From assembly GCF_001194135.2 (NCBI RefSeq), contig NC_069008.1:10390634-10454019 (forward strand): a stretch of DNA of 63,386 nt. Reading direction: 5' to 3'. Source of the DNA: Octopus bimaculoides (taxonomy: Eukaryota). A program made the translations under genes and the position numbers. Below are positions 1-13,095 of the stretch, piece after piece; position 1 is the stretch's first letter; each line of letters starts with the position of its first letter. The notes below the pieces were generated by a model. That model had not been told where the DNA came from. It ran no database searches and was given only the letters and a program-made list of their open reading frames with translations.

Positions 1-37
<37 letters not shown>

Positions 38-49
38 TAGGTTCAAGTT

Positions 50-1235
50 CTATGGGCAGCCTTCAATATTTTCTACACAAAAGGATTTTGTGGAGGAGGA
101 GAGTCTGCCAGATCTTGATCCAATTGAGGGGCCAGCTTTATCTACCAGTACCCTGGTAGATAAAGCAATTAAGGATATGAAGACAAGGAAAGCCCCTAGC
201 CCATCAGGAATCACCACTGAGAGGCTTAAAATATATGGCGGTGTGTCATATATTAGTTGGGCTATGACCCTCTCCATAACTTTCATCACCTGATCCAACA
301 ATTTGATATCTCTGTAATTATTTCTGCCTAAGGCATCACTTTTACCCTTGTAACAGTTGACTATGGTGCTGCTATATCAGTCATTGGGTATGACTCCTTC
401 ATGAACTACCTGATTCACAATACTGGTGACTAGACCATGATCTGCTGGATGTGTAATGTCAGTGTGCATACACAACAGAGTGTAAGCGCCCTGAGAGAAA
501 AGTTGGACATAAGAAGTATCAGATGTGGTGTGCAAGAGAGATGACTGTGCTGGTATGGTCTGTGTTGCATATGGATGAGGACAGCTATGTGAATAAGTGT
601 CACAGCCTAAGAATGGAAGAAACCCAAGAAAGAAGGAGCCCCAGGAAGACATGGGATGAGGTGGTGAAGCACGACCTTCAAATGCTGGGTCTCACAGAGG
701 CAATGACAAGAGACCAAAACCTTCAGAGATATGCTGTGATTGAGAAGACCCAGCAAGTAAAGTGAGACTGTAGCCATGGCCAATGCCAGTGTTGCATAAT
801 CAGCCCATTTAAAAATACCCTTGAATCTTTAGGCGATATACTGTGCTTGAGAAAACCTATCGAGTCAAGTGAAATCTTAGTTGTGGCTGATGCCAGTGTG
901 GGTCTGGCTCCCTGTGCCAGTAACATGTAACAAGCACCTTTTGAACGTGGTCGATGCCAGTGCTCCCTGTCTGGCTCTCATGCCGGTGGCACATAAAAAG
1001 CACCGTCCTAACATAGTTGATGCCAGTGCTGCCTGACTGGTTCCCATGCCAGAAGCACATAAAAAGCACCCACTACACTCTCAGAGTGGTTGGAGTTAGG
1101 AAGAGCATCCAGCTGTTGAAACCTTACTAGATCAGATTGGAGCCTGGTGCAGCCTACTGGCTTGTCAGTCTTCAGTCAAACTGTCCAACCCATGCCTGCA
1201 TGAAAAATGGATGTTAAATAATGATGATGATGATA
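50..1235 (+). mobile_element. Decayed RTE-clade LINE (RT fragments, internal inversion, 3' tail)
   Basis: VDKAIKDMKTRKAPSPSGIT on +, inverted LVTSIVNQVVHEGVIPND on -, C-terminal RRSPRKTWDEVVKHDL, and 3' tail ending in (GAT)n. Same family as 27990-30470. Confidence 0.85.
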
Positions 1236-2149
1236 AATATGGATTGATGTTTATATAGGAAACTACCACTGATGCTTTCAGTTGTCTTACATGTAGTAAG
1301 CCATAATTAAGGGTAACTTTGAGCTAAATAAGCAGAGAATCTCTCAAAGTTTTGGTATTGTCACTAATAAGTGCAGGGTAAAAATTGCATGTAAATGCAC
1401 AATATACACAATTCCACCTGTGGTTGCACAGTGAACTAGACTGGCAGCCATGGGAATTTCAAGTTCCCCTTCTTAATCTATCTGGTTTAAAGGTGCTGAA
1501 CCATCAGTTGCCAAAAATCATTGATGTACTTATGTACAAACACACACACAATACGTTTGTGTGCTAATTAACTTTTACAAGGAAAAAGGTTCATAGTGAC
1601 TGCAAAGTTTCAATTTGCTCACCTTCATCAGACCTGATGAAGCTAAGTTTTCTTTGTAATAGTTAACAGGAATTCAACTAAAAAATATTATGTAATCTTC
1701 TAGTTTAATTTTAAATCACTTTTATATATAACTTGACATAAACACAAACATTACTATACACACACACACACATATTTTGGTGGGGATAGATTCAGTCCTT
1801 TCTCTTGTTTAACACTGCCATCTTACTCTTGTGTGCTTTTGGTAGAGTCCATCTTGTAAACATTCAGGCCAAATATCTGTGTAATTCCTCTCTTTGTAGC
1901 AACAGTCTGGGAGGCCCTTAAACTGGTTATGACTGCTGCCCTTCCTTCTCTGACTTAAAACATCAAAAGTAAACAGCAACAGCAACAACAACATTGAAAT
2001 GAAACTAATTAAACAATGTGTATTTTATGCACAACCCAATGCAAATCACAAAAACTAAAATATATTTAAATATTAGAAAGCTACACTGAGTTAAATAAAA
2101 ATAAGAATGTAAGCACATTCTTCTGATTTATACTGTGATTCTGTGATAT

Positions 2150-3420
2150 ATATGAAAAAAAAGGGGATGCCAAAGACCCCAAAAAACTACAGACCAATCA
2201 GTCAACTAATACACATCTACAAGATCTGCTCGAACATCTTATAAAACAGAATTGAGAGAAAGCTGAATGGGAAAGCTTCAGGAAAGGGAGACTTCAGGAA
2301 AAACTACAGCACAATAGACCACACATATGTTTATAAACGAAATGAGGGGGAAATGTCAAACTTACAACTTATCATTGTGCTTAACAGTTGTAGATTTTGA
2401 AAATGCTTTTGATACTGTGGAAATACACTAAGAGCACTAGAAGAAAAGGGAATCAAAGGAGACTATATGAAGTTACTAGAGAATGTGCACATCAACTGTA
2501 GAACTACTGCAACTATAAACAACAAGCTAACTGATGTCAAAATTGGTAAAGGAGTCAGACAAGGAGACACCATCTCACCCAAATTATTCACATCTGTATC
2601 AGAAAAGGTTTTAAAAAACTTATATTGATCAGATAAAGGAATAAATATAAATGGATGCATGCTAAATCAACTCACATTCACTGGTGTTTCCAGCAGCATT
2701 AAAGAATTGATAGAAATTCTCAGAAAACTAAAAGAATAAAGCAAAAACTGTGACTCAGAATTAATATTAATAAAATGAACACATTCTCCAACCATCTAAT
2801 CACATGGAAATATCGTAAAAGATGATGAAATAGTTGAACATGTGAACCAATACACCTATCTTGCACAAATAATCTGTTTCAAGAATAAAAATCAAACTAA
2901 AGAAATTGAACAATGAATACAATTATGACAGGGATTGTTTGGTAAATTGAATCACATCATGAGCAGTAGCTTGTCTATGTGTCTGAAAAGAAAGGCTTTC
3001 AACCAGTGTATGCTGCCTACCTTATGTATGCATTAGAAACAGGGGCTACCAACAAGAGCATTGAAAATAAATTAAGATCAATACAAAGAACCATGGAAAG
3101 GAGAATGCTGAAGATTAACAAAATGAATAAGTGGAGAATCAACAGAATAAGATTGGCAACAAGTTTAACAGATATTATTTGGAAAATAAAAATCCTCAAA
3201 TGGTCTTTCGTGGGACATGTGTTTAGAAGAAAGAATAATAGATGGAATAGAAAATTGACAGAATGGACACCGTCTCCAGGAAACTGAAGGAAGGGAAGAC
3301 CATGCAGAAGTTGGAATGAAAATTTTGTTAAATTCTTCAGCACTTAAACATGGATGAGGAAAACACCAGACTGTAGTTGGTGGAGAGAAACAGTCCATGA
3401 GGAAACTCCCTCCCCCATCC
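2150..3420 (+). mobile_element. Decayed RTE-like LINE RT (second family)
   Basis: Frameshifted motifs NYRPIS, DFENAFDTV, GVRQGDTISPKLF, KAFNQC.LP, RSIQRTMERRML, KWSFVGHV. Confidence 0.8.
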
Positions 3421-3537
3421 CCCATTTTTCTTTACTTCAAGAAATAGAAGGAATATGTTTTCATCATTATTTCTATTTAACATACATTAAGGCTTTATAA
3501 TATTTAAATCTAATTCAGATGAAATATTTATGCTTAC

Positions 3538-6500
3538 ATTTTTGGATTGAGGAAAAAGGACTGATATTCCAAGCCTTTTCATTTTGGAACCATTTTCTCC
3601 ATTCAGTTTCAGGAGGAATTTCTTGCTCTTGCTTGCACCTGCATTGTATATAACAATTACATCAAAACTTTGTGGGTCTCTCTGTTTATTCTCAAATGTT
3701 CCACTAGCTTGAATGGTGCGACTGGGAGTTGTGAATTTTAACATGATCTTAAGAACAGCACCAAAATCTAAATGCATCTCTCCAATAAGCATCTTGGTGA
3801 GTTTGTTTAAATCATGACTAGAGATATCTTGAGGTAAGGTCATTGCTCTTGGAGATGCTTGAGGTATCTTGATCCAAACGAATAAGGATGATTTGTATGG
3901 AAGGTGAATTTGAATTAGTTTCAGGTAAGCATTTTTGAGGCTGACAGCAAATCGATCACTGCTCTTTTGACCAGATATCAAACTTGATCTCTTTGCTTTG
4001 TTGTTGGTAGTGTTGATGTTAATGTCATCAAAGTAAAGAAACAAGGTAGTGGCTGTGGAATTCTGATGGAAATAGACACTTTGCTTTTGCTTTGTCAAAT
4101 CAGCTTTTACACTGATCTTCTGATTGCTAATCCACTCAGCAGTGACAAACAAGATATTAGTTTCACTGGACTGTTCCTTTATATTGTCTACAAGATTATC
4201 AGATCTGTGGTAATGTTCTCTTAGTGGTTCCATGCCTTTTTTGTGTGGACGTGTATCAAGACTGAGATGAATGTCATACTTAAGAACTGGTATATATGAT
4301 GAGTCAACAACAACAATTCCTGACAGACCATGGTCTGGACATGTGATATAAACAGATTTCCTATTTTCATATTCATTCAGCTCTGAGAACTCATAAAGGA
4401 CAATGAAATGTTGAGTGCAAGTAGAGTTGATGCTGAACATAGCACTTATATTTTGTTGATCTTTCAAATCAATATTGAAATTAAGAACTATGTGGATACT
4501 GGACCATTCTCCAAAGTTACAAATCTTCATTTCTGAATTTATTGGTGAATGATTTTGAATCTTAAAATCCAATTTCTTTGATTTACCTGGTTCTCTTGAA
4601 TTGATTATGAATAACCTATATATCAAATGATGGATTTTCATGTGGATGTTTACTTTTTCTTCATCTAACTGGTTTAGGTATGACCCGGAGAGAACGAAGA
4701 AAATGCCATCATAAGCAATTTGGTAGGTGACACGAGACACTTCTTTGTTATCATTATTAAAAAGCCAGAAGATAACAACCTTGATATTAGAGGTTGTTAA
4801 TGAAATATCTACAGTTTTAGAATTTATGAATTTGTCTGAAATTGAAATACCTGCTTTGTATACTTCATCATCTAGTCCGACTTTTAAGAAATACTGAAAT
4901 TGTTTTGTGCTCCATTTCTTCAAGGAACAACTGAATGAAATTCTTGGAGCCATGTTAAATGCGAAATTAAGCAACAGGTCATCATACTTGAATGTGTATT
5001 TCAAATTCAATGAAATTGGTTCGTGTCTTCTGTTATAAACCTGTGTGAATAATGTAAGCCCAAAGTCATTGTTACTCAGAAAATACTGATTCAGGGTGAG
5101 GCCTATTAATTCATTTTCATTGTGTTTCAGGTTGCTCCTAATCATCTTAGAAACTCTGAAATCAGTTTCAAAAGAAACCATGAGTTGGAGACTTCTCAAA
5201 GACTCATATGGAGTTTTCATTTTGATGACAGCTTCACTTACACGACCCTTCACCAAACTGATTTCAAGATACGAGGTGTTAAAGTATGGTAGAATTTTTA
5301 AGAACCCCATTGATGTTAAAGACCTGTCATTGATCTTATAATAAAAATTTAAAGCAACTTCACTCAAATATGGATTATTTCCATTCTCTGCTCTTAGAGA
5401 TATATTTGCAATATCCTTTGCATCTGTTATATATAAGCTTGTTTTAATTATGATGGGTTTGACACCAGATATTTCCATATAACTTGAACCTGTATGAATC
5501 CCGCCTTTTTTATTATAAACTATTTTGAATGAACTATTTCTCATGAGTGTTGCCAAGAGAGCATGATTCATGATGTTTGTTTTGTGTATTGGGGGATGCC
5601 AATAAAATATTCCACTGGAAGTGAGCCGATTGGAGTCACTGTAAGAAAGATCAACACGGGCATGTCCTGTTGAGTCCAGCACATTAAAGTTAAGTCTTCC
5701 TTTGGAATCGTATCCATTGTCAGTTTTGGTGAATTCCACCAAAACATCTGCTGTGTGAACTCCACGGAGTTCTGCTGTTAGTTTGTTGACACTATTGTTC
5801 TGTGTTTTTGGTGATGTAAAGTTTAAAACGAAACTGGATAAATCATTTTTGTATAATACCAAACTTGAACTGGCTGCATACCTCAGTTCAATGCCATCAG
5901 GGTCAAAGGTTAGATTTTGCTCCATCCTCCGAAAAGTTGAAGTGAATGACCACATAGAATGGTACTTACCATTCAACCAAAAGTGCTTTCCAGTAATATC
6001 AAAGTTTGTCTTGTTATAGGGATCATTTGAGTTACGAAAAATTAACTGAAATAATTGCTTGCTGAAAACAGCAACAAATAACAAATTCTGGTTTGTGCTC
6101 TCAGTCTGGTTCACAACCAGTTCCCATGAAGAGCCTTCAGGGTTGATTTTGTATCTCAAAGAAGACTCACCAAAGTAACTGATTTTCTTCTTCAAAAACA
6201 GCCCACTATCTGCATTTAGCTGCAGTGAGGCCTTGTAGTGATCCTTTGTGTTCAAGAATGTTGAGCTAAAGTTTGCTGTTCGTCCACTAAAAGTATGAAT
6301 TTCATTATTCATTTGGTAAACAATGCTGCTGTAGTTCTGAAAGGTTGTGTAAATGGTCAGTCTTTGACCCTTCTGCCATTGAACTTGTAAATGGTTTGTC
6401 AGCTTTGTTGGCACTGTCTTCTGTTGAGTGAGTTCTTCTAAGAATAAAATTTCCTGATTATGAGTGGAAAACAGAACTGCAAAAGCTAAAGATCGAAAGT

Positions 6501-6642
6501 ACTTTGTTTCTTTGTCAACAAAACTCAGAGAGGTATTTAGTACATTTCCTTGTGCAGTTGTAACAGTTAAACTATTTCGGAATTTTCTTGAAAAACTGAA
6601 TGAACCAGAGATATAGCTGGTATCAGCTGTAAATTCAAGCTG
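3538..6642 (-). CDS. LLTP gene large exon (about 3.1 kb, amphipathic beta-strand lipid-binding region)
   Basis: Stop-free 1053-codon ORF in AT-rich DNA; acceptor tttttgcag|CAG, phase 0. Strong candidate donor AAT|GTAAGC follows 3538; if it is not used, the frame reads to the stop at 3487. Confidence 0.9.
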
Positions 6643-7689
6643 CTGCAAAAAGCAAAAGAAACAAGATGATTAATATAAGAAAAAAATAGTTTCAGATATT
6701 TCAGATATAATAATGATAACCCAGAACTATTGAATTTCAGTATTATATTTTTCATATTTTGGTATTCATCAATATATTTTACATCATGCTGTTAAGCTCT
6801 CTTGAGAGTTTCTTAGCAATAGATACATATACATATACATACATACATAGTCCAAATACATACAAGACCACCCACATACCACAACGAACCTTTTGATTGG
6901 TGAAAATTAATGAACATCCTTCTGTTGAACATTCTTTACTGCCAATTTTAATGCTATTTCACCTGAAGAAATGAACACATGAACAAAGATCCATGGATAT
7001 TACAAATTGTATTGTAATCATTCCAGGAATGCAGACTTATGGTCACAAAAAACGTGATTTGTGAAAACGGGCATAGTGATGCATTAAAATATTTATAAAC
7101 TCCATACTTGGATTAGTATTATTATTACTACATATATCCTACATTATATCAGCACAACTCAGTACAATCCCTTAAAACTGCTGTTGCAAAAAGAGACTGA
7201 TAGATTAAATACCAGACTTCAAAAAAGAAAAAAAAAAATTATAACAAGTGTGGCCATACTGGGGCACTGCCTTGAAGAGTTTAGTTGGAAAAAAAAAATC
7301 AACCTCAGTATTCATATTTTATTAAAGTCTGGTATTTAATCTATCAGTCTCTTTTTGCCAAATTGCTAAATTACAGGGTGTAAACAAACCAACATTGGTT
7401 TTCAAGCAATGGAGAGACAAAAATGAAGACATGTGTGTGTGTGTTTGTGGCAAAAAAAAAAAAAACTGATAGCAAAGTTCTAGGCTTAAAAATAAATACT
7501 GGTGTCAATTTGTTTAGGTAAAACAAATACAAGACAGAAGAGAAAATGTATGTATGTATGATTCTATGTGTGTGTGTGTGAATGTATGTATGTATGTAGT
7601 TGTCTTACTAGCAAGAAAGCAACAGTACTTCTCCCTGGCACAAAACCAAACTGCCTCTCATCGGGCCTAATTTTCTTCCAAATTAAGCT

Positions 7690-9250
7690 ATAACTATTTT
7701 GGTAACTTTCAAAACCTGGTTTAGCAATTTGATATCTCTATAATTACTTCTATATAAAGCATCTCTTTACCCATGTAACAATTAACCATAGTGCTGCTAT
7801 GAATAGCATTGGGTATGACACTTTCCTGTCCAACCTGATTAACTAATGACTGTTTAGGCTGCATCCTTCTTCACCAAATATTTTAAGCATCTCAGTGGTG
7901 ATTCTTGATGGATCAGGTATTTTCCCTGCCTTCATATCCTTAATTGCTTTACCTATCATATTACTGTAGGATAGCTGGTCCCTCTGTTTGATCTGCATTG
8001 GGAACCCTCTTTCTCCCATGTATTCTTTGCATTTAAGTATTTACCTAAAAGCAATCCCTTGGATTTGGCATGAGTCAACCTGGAGAAAGCCTTCAATAAA
8101 GTCCCTTGCTCTGTGATCTGAGAGTCACTGAGAAAGCTTAGGGTACACAAATGGCTTGTGAAAGCCATACAAACTGTAGAGGGGTGTTGTTAGTAAGGTG
8201 AGGGTTAGCAATGAGGACAGTAATGAATTCTGTGTACAGGTAGGAGTACACCAGGGTTCAGTTCTCATTCCTCTCCTATTCGTAATAGTCCTCTCAATTG
8301 TAATAGAGGAGTTTAAGACCAGTTGCTCTTGGGAACTACTATATGCTAATGACTTCCTTCTTATAGTGGAATCTAGCAGAACTGGAAAAAGAATTCCAGG
8401 TGTGGAAGCAAAACTTTGAATCAATGAGCCTTAAAGTTAACATTGTAAAAATCAAAATTGTAGTTGACAAGAAGGTAGATAAGACTGTCTTCCTGTCAGG
8501 CAAATGGCCCTACTTCATAAGTAAAAAACGTGTTGGAAAGAATTCCATTTGATGTACCCAGTGCAAGCTGTGGACACTTAAGAGGTGCAGTGGAATCACA
8601 GGAAGATTAACAGGGAAAGTATGTTGCAGATGTGTAGAAGCAATAAACACTAAAAATGCATGAGAAACAAATTTTCTGGAATGCCCAGCAGGTTCGCTAG
8701 AGATAGAAGATATGATCTAATTAACAGTGGAAGAGAATGTCCTGAAAGTATAGTTGTTAGAATAAGAACAAGATAATATTCCGAGAGCTATTACCTCTGT
8801 TAGTAATGAAAGGTCTTTCAGTATGAAAGGCAGATTGTATGGTGCTTGTGTATTAATAACAAGGCTACATGGTAGTGGGCTCTGAGTGTCGAAAACATGG
8901 GAAGATTAGAGAGAAATGAAGACTAATATGCTCTGTATGATGTGCAATGTCAGTGTGCATACAAAGTCCAAATATGTTAAAAGAACAATTGTGTGTAAGA
9001 GGAATCAGATGCAGTGTGCAAGTGAGAAGATTCTGGTGTGGTTATGTGATAGAATATGGATGAGAAAAGCTGTGTATAACAAGTGCCAATTACTAAATAT
9101 AGAGGGAACTTGTGGAAAAGGAAAACCCACGAAGACGTGGGATGAAGTAGCAAAGACTGATCTTAAGATGATGAGTCTCATGGAGGAGATGACAAAGGAT
9201 TCAAGATGATTGATGATTCACGGTGCTTGGGAAGAGCCATGTGTCTCAAC
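7690..9250 (+). mobile_element. 5'-truncated RTE LINE with inverted 5' segment
   Basis: GVHQGSVL.PLLF and ELLYAND on +; segment 7690-8020 carries upstream RT sequence on -. Confidence 0.85.
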
Positions 9251-9928
9251 AAAAGTGAGATCCTAAAAGCATTTGATTTATATTTATACACTCACTAAGC
9301 CTACACCCACACCCAATCTGTCCTCCCATCAAGCCTTTCGCCTTCCTCATCTTATCAAAACCCATCCCTCCATAACTCTTCTAACTACAGCACTATTCAG
9401 CTGCTGTAATCATGAGAGCAGAATATGCACATATTTCTTCTACCTTTCTGTTATCAGTTACCTCCTCTTCTCCTTGGAGGCTCTTACTTTTAAAATCCTT
9501 CCCTTATTCTTAGAACCATCACTTCCACTTTATTTTTCACCAAACATCTCTTTAGTGCCTCTAGTTATCTCTTCTTTTCTTCTGAGATACATGTTAGGAT
9601 TGTTATTACCTTATCATTAAAACCTCTCTTATCTGTTTTCATTCTCATCACCCTATCATATCTGTTGTCAATGGCCTAACATCCACTTTTGTCCCTCATT
9701 TACTCACTATAGTCATCTATGTGCTTGGCTTTGTGGTTAGGATATTCAGCTCACAACTGTAATGTCATGAGTTCAATTACCAACAGTGTTTTAGTTGACA
9801 TTGCCCCATTCTACTCAGCTGGCAATAGTGAGTAGTATATGTGTTTCAAAGGGTCAGCCTTGTCACATTCCATCATGCTGAATCTCCCTGAGAACTATGT
9901 TAAGGGTACACATCTCTAGACCAGAGTT

Positions 9929-10265
9929 TTCCAACCTGTTTTCCTCCAGGCCCTACAGTAACTTTTCAGAAAAATGTATGCCCCACTAATATTTGAAAAA
10001 AATGAACTTTATATTTAATATTTCATAATTATATACTTTCCTTAAAGATATATCCACATTGGGGAAATGGAATAGTGCTATACTGTAGCAAGCAGTCTTC
10101 ACAAAGTATGCTTGGCTGGAGGGATTGGTTTGACTAGGGTGAGTATAGATGAAGTATGTTTGCTGTGAAAAAAAAGATTTTCACAGTTCCATGTCCCACA
10201 AAAGAAAAACACAATTTGGATCCCATGCTCTACCACAATCTTCACAGGCCTCACGTTGAGAATCA
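9929..10265. mobile_element. hAT (Charlie-like) MITE
   Basis: Ends CAGAGTTTTCCAAC...GTTGAGAATCA, with flanks ctctagac and gtccagac resembling an 8-bp NTCTAGAN target duplication. Confidence 0.55.
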
Positions 10266-10312
10266 TCAGTCCAGACTCAGCAGATATATAGAATAAAACA
10301 ACAATGCCCTAC

Positions 10313-10526
10313 CTTACTAGCAGTATGAAGTGAGACACTATATCTCATGGTTCTTGTAGAATTTGTTGCCGTACAATTGTACAAAGATTGAAAGTTGATG
10401 AAATGATTGTCCTTCGGAACACCATACTTTGTCTTAACTTCAATCTGCCAACCATCACTCAAACTGATAATGAGTTGCCCTTGAGTAGTGAGTGCAAGTG
10501 CAGCATTTTTCTTACTGGAAAACTGC
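10313..10526 (-). CDS. LLTP gene exon 10 (only partly in ORF track)
   Basis: Acceptor ctcattttgcag|G (an in-frame alternative start lies at 10514), donor AAG|GTAGGG; 214 nt, phase 2/0. It bridges the phase mismatch between exon 9 and the large exon. QFSSKKNAALALTTQGQLIISLSDGWQIEVKTKYG...SVSLHTASK. Confidence 0.83.
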
Positions 10527-11419
10527 CTGCAAAATGAGTTTTTAAAATCATTAAATAATTAAATGTATTAATTAATCCTACAATAACAATGTTAAATTTG
10601 TTATTTTTTGTTTTTTCTACCAGCACACACACAAACACACACACACACACACACACATAGACACACACATTACAGCCATCATCATTGTTTAATGTCCTTA
10701 TTCAGTGATGGAAGAGATTGATAGGATCTGATGTCTCCAAAGATTGTTTTATACTCCAGCTTCTGCTTTGCCATGGTTTCTATGACTGGATGTCTTTCCT
10801 AATGCCAACAACTTTACACTATGTGCTGGATGCTTTTGTATGGCACCAGCACTAGTTAGGTGACCATGCAGCCTGCAAGACTAAGATCCCAAGTGACAGA
10901 GTGGAGTTGCAGAGATTAGAGAAGCTTCATGCTATGGGATGAGAGGCTAAAGTGTGAGAAAATGGCCCAGAACATGTACACAGACACATATGTATTTATA
11001 TATATGTATGTATATATAACAAGCAAATTAACTAGTTAGAAAATCTCTATAAGAGATGAAAGCAGTAATTATACCGACAAGTAATATTTATTGTCACTTC
11101 AGTGTCCACCACTGAGGATGAGCACAAACAGCTCGAAACTTGACAGTCTGGTGGTTCTGTCATTGCTGGAAGATGGTGGTGGTAGGGGGTTCACTCCCCT
11201 GCTTGCAATATATATTGGGTGCAGATTGCATTGATAACCAGCAGGAGGAGGCATCCTCCAGCAGTTATAAACAGTAGTAACGTTGGTTCCTATGGAACAG
11301 CCATGTTGAAGTAGCAATAAGTATATAACAATTATTTTCTGTAGTCTTAGGATCTGGAACTCGAAAGAAGAAGCTTACAAGCAGATGCAATTCAATGGTT
11401 GTTTATTTAGTTCTCATTC

Positions 11420-13095
11420 ACGGGGTTCGCTCCTGGCGACCATCTGTATGGCAGCGTGTAGTTCATTATAGCTCCGTTCTGACTCAAATGACTCAGCGGA
11501 AATATCTACTGTTGGAATGGCTTCAGGCCAATGAGAGAAACAATCGACGCATGTCAATATGTAAGAGAACCTGCGACTGACCGGCCATGGTCCAACCAGA
11601 TCAATGCGGATATGGCGAAAGCGAGTCTCCAGCAGAGAAAACTGTCCAAGAGGAGCGCGAATGTGCCTGTGGACTTTAGAATGCTGGCATTTCACACAAG
11701 AGTGTGCCCAATCGGTGATCATTCGGCACATATTAGGCCTGAAAAACCAAGCCGTAATAAGCTTCGTCAATGCAGCGATACCAGGATGTGACAGTGAATG
11801 CAAGGCATCAAACACAGAGCGCTGGTGGTTCTCAGGTACAAATGGCCTGGGAGAACCAGTAGCTATGTCACAAAGGATTGTATCTTCAGCAAACGGAAGT
11901 GGAAGATAGCCAAACTTGCAACAGGACAACTTGGTAGAAGTTAAATCCAAAGTGTCTAGAGCTGGTTGATCCTGTGCAATGGCAGTTAAATTGATTGCCG
12001 CAGGAGATGAAAGGGAGCACACAGGAAGACGAGAAAGTGCGTCAGCAGGCACGTTCTCTGTTCCAGGTATGTGCCGAATGTCAGTCGTGAACTGGGAAAT
12101 GTAGTGCAGGTGACGAAAAGCACGAGGCTTGTGATCAGTATAAATCACAAAATCTCGGCCCTCGAGTTGATGTTGAAAGTGACGAACTGACAGGTAGATC
12201 GCTAAGAGCTCTCGATCAAAAGTACTGTACCGACTTTCAGCTGGCTTTAATTGACAAGATAAAAATGCCAAAGGCCGAGTTTGATTGTCAACGGTATGTT
12301 GTAAAACAGCACCAACCGCAGAATCTGATGCATCAACTGTTAAAGAGACGAGCATCAGGAGCTGGATGTGCAAGCAAGGGAACAGAAGCTATTTCCTTCT
12401 TAATTGACTCAAACGAAGATAATGCTTCAGCAGATAGGGTGATAGGAGCATCTCTTTTTGTATTTGCTTTCAGTAGATGAGTCAAAGGAAGTAACTTGTC
12501 TGCACATTTATGTATGAAGCGTCTATAGAAGTTGACGATTCCCAAAAAGTGACGCAATTGGCATAGAGAAGTGGGAGGTGAGATGCATTGAAATGCATCA
12601 ACTTTGGAGGAGAAAGGTTGGATTCCATTAGAGTCGATATAATGACCTAGAAATTCCAGAGAGGCCTGTCCGAAAACAAACTTATCGGGGTTGATTTGCA
12701 CATTGTAGGTGTGAAGACGCTGAAAAAGTTGAGATAAGTGTTGGAGATGATTTTCACTCGTGCTGTTAGCTATGAGCAAATCATTGACGTAAGCGAACAC
12801 AAAATCAAGTCCACGGACAACTTCATCGATAAACCTCTGGAATGTACTCGTTGCATTCCATAAACCGAAGCTCATAAACAGGAACTCGAAACTTCTAAAG
12901 GGGGTGGTAAGGGCAGTTTTGGGAATGTCATCAGTGTTCATTGGAATCTGATGATAAGCCCGGATGAGGTCAACCTTGGAAAAAATGGTACAACCATGCA
13001 AGTTCGAAGAAAAATCCTGGAGGTTCCTTATTCATGGGATTTGCGTCCTGCAACCATCTGTAGGGCAGCGTGTGATTTGTTATAGCTCCGTTCAC
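11420..13095 (-). mobile_element. Gypsy/Ty3 LTR retrotransposon pol relic (RT, RNase H, integrase)
   Basis: IFSKVDLIRAYHQIP, TPF..FEF..MSFGL.NA..TFQRF, TDASD.AVGAVL, DRELLAIY, TDHKP, H..SHPG zinc-binding region, IDLVGP. Domain order RT-RH-IN; frameshifted. Confidence 0.93.

Noticed and set aside
1622-1678. Segment with AG acceptor and strong GTGAGC donor on -
   Set aside because: All three frames contain stops.
5096-6019. Antisense and alternate-frame ORFs inside the large exon
   Set aside because: They are short shadow ORFs with no independent features.
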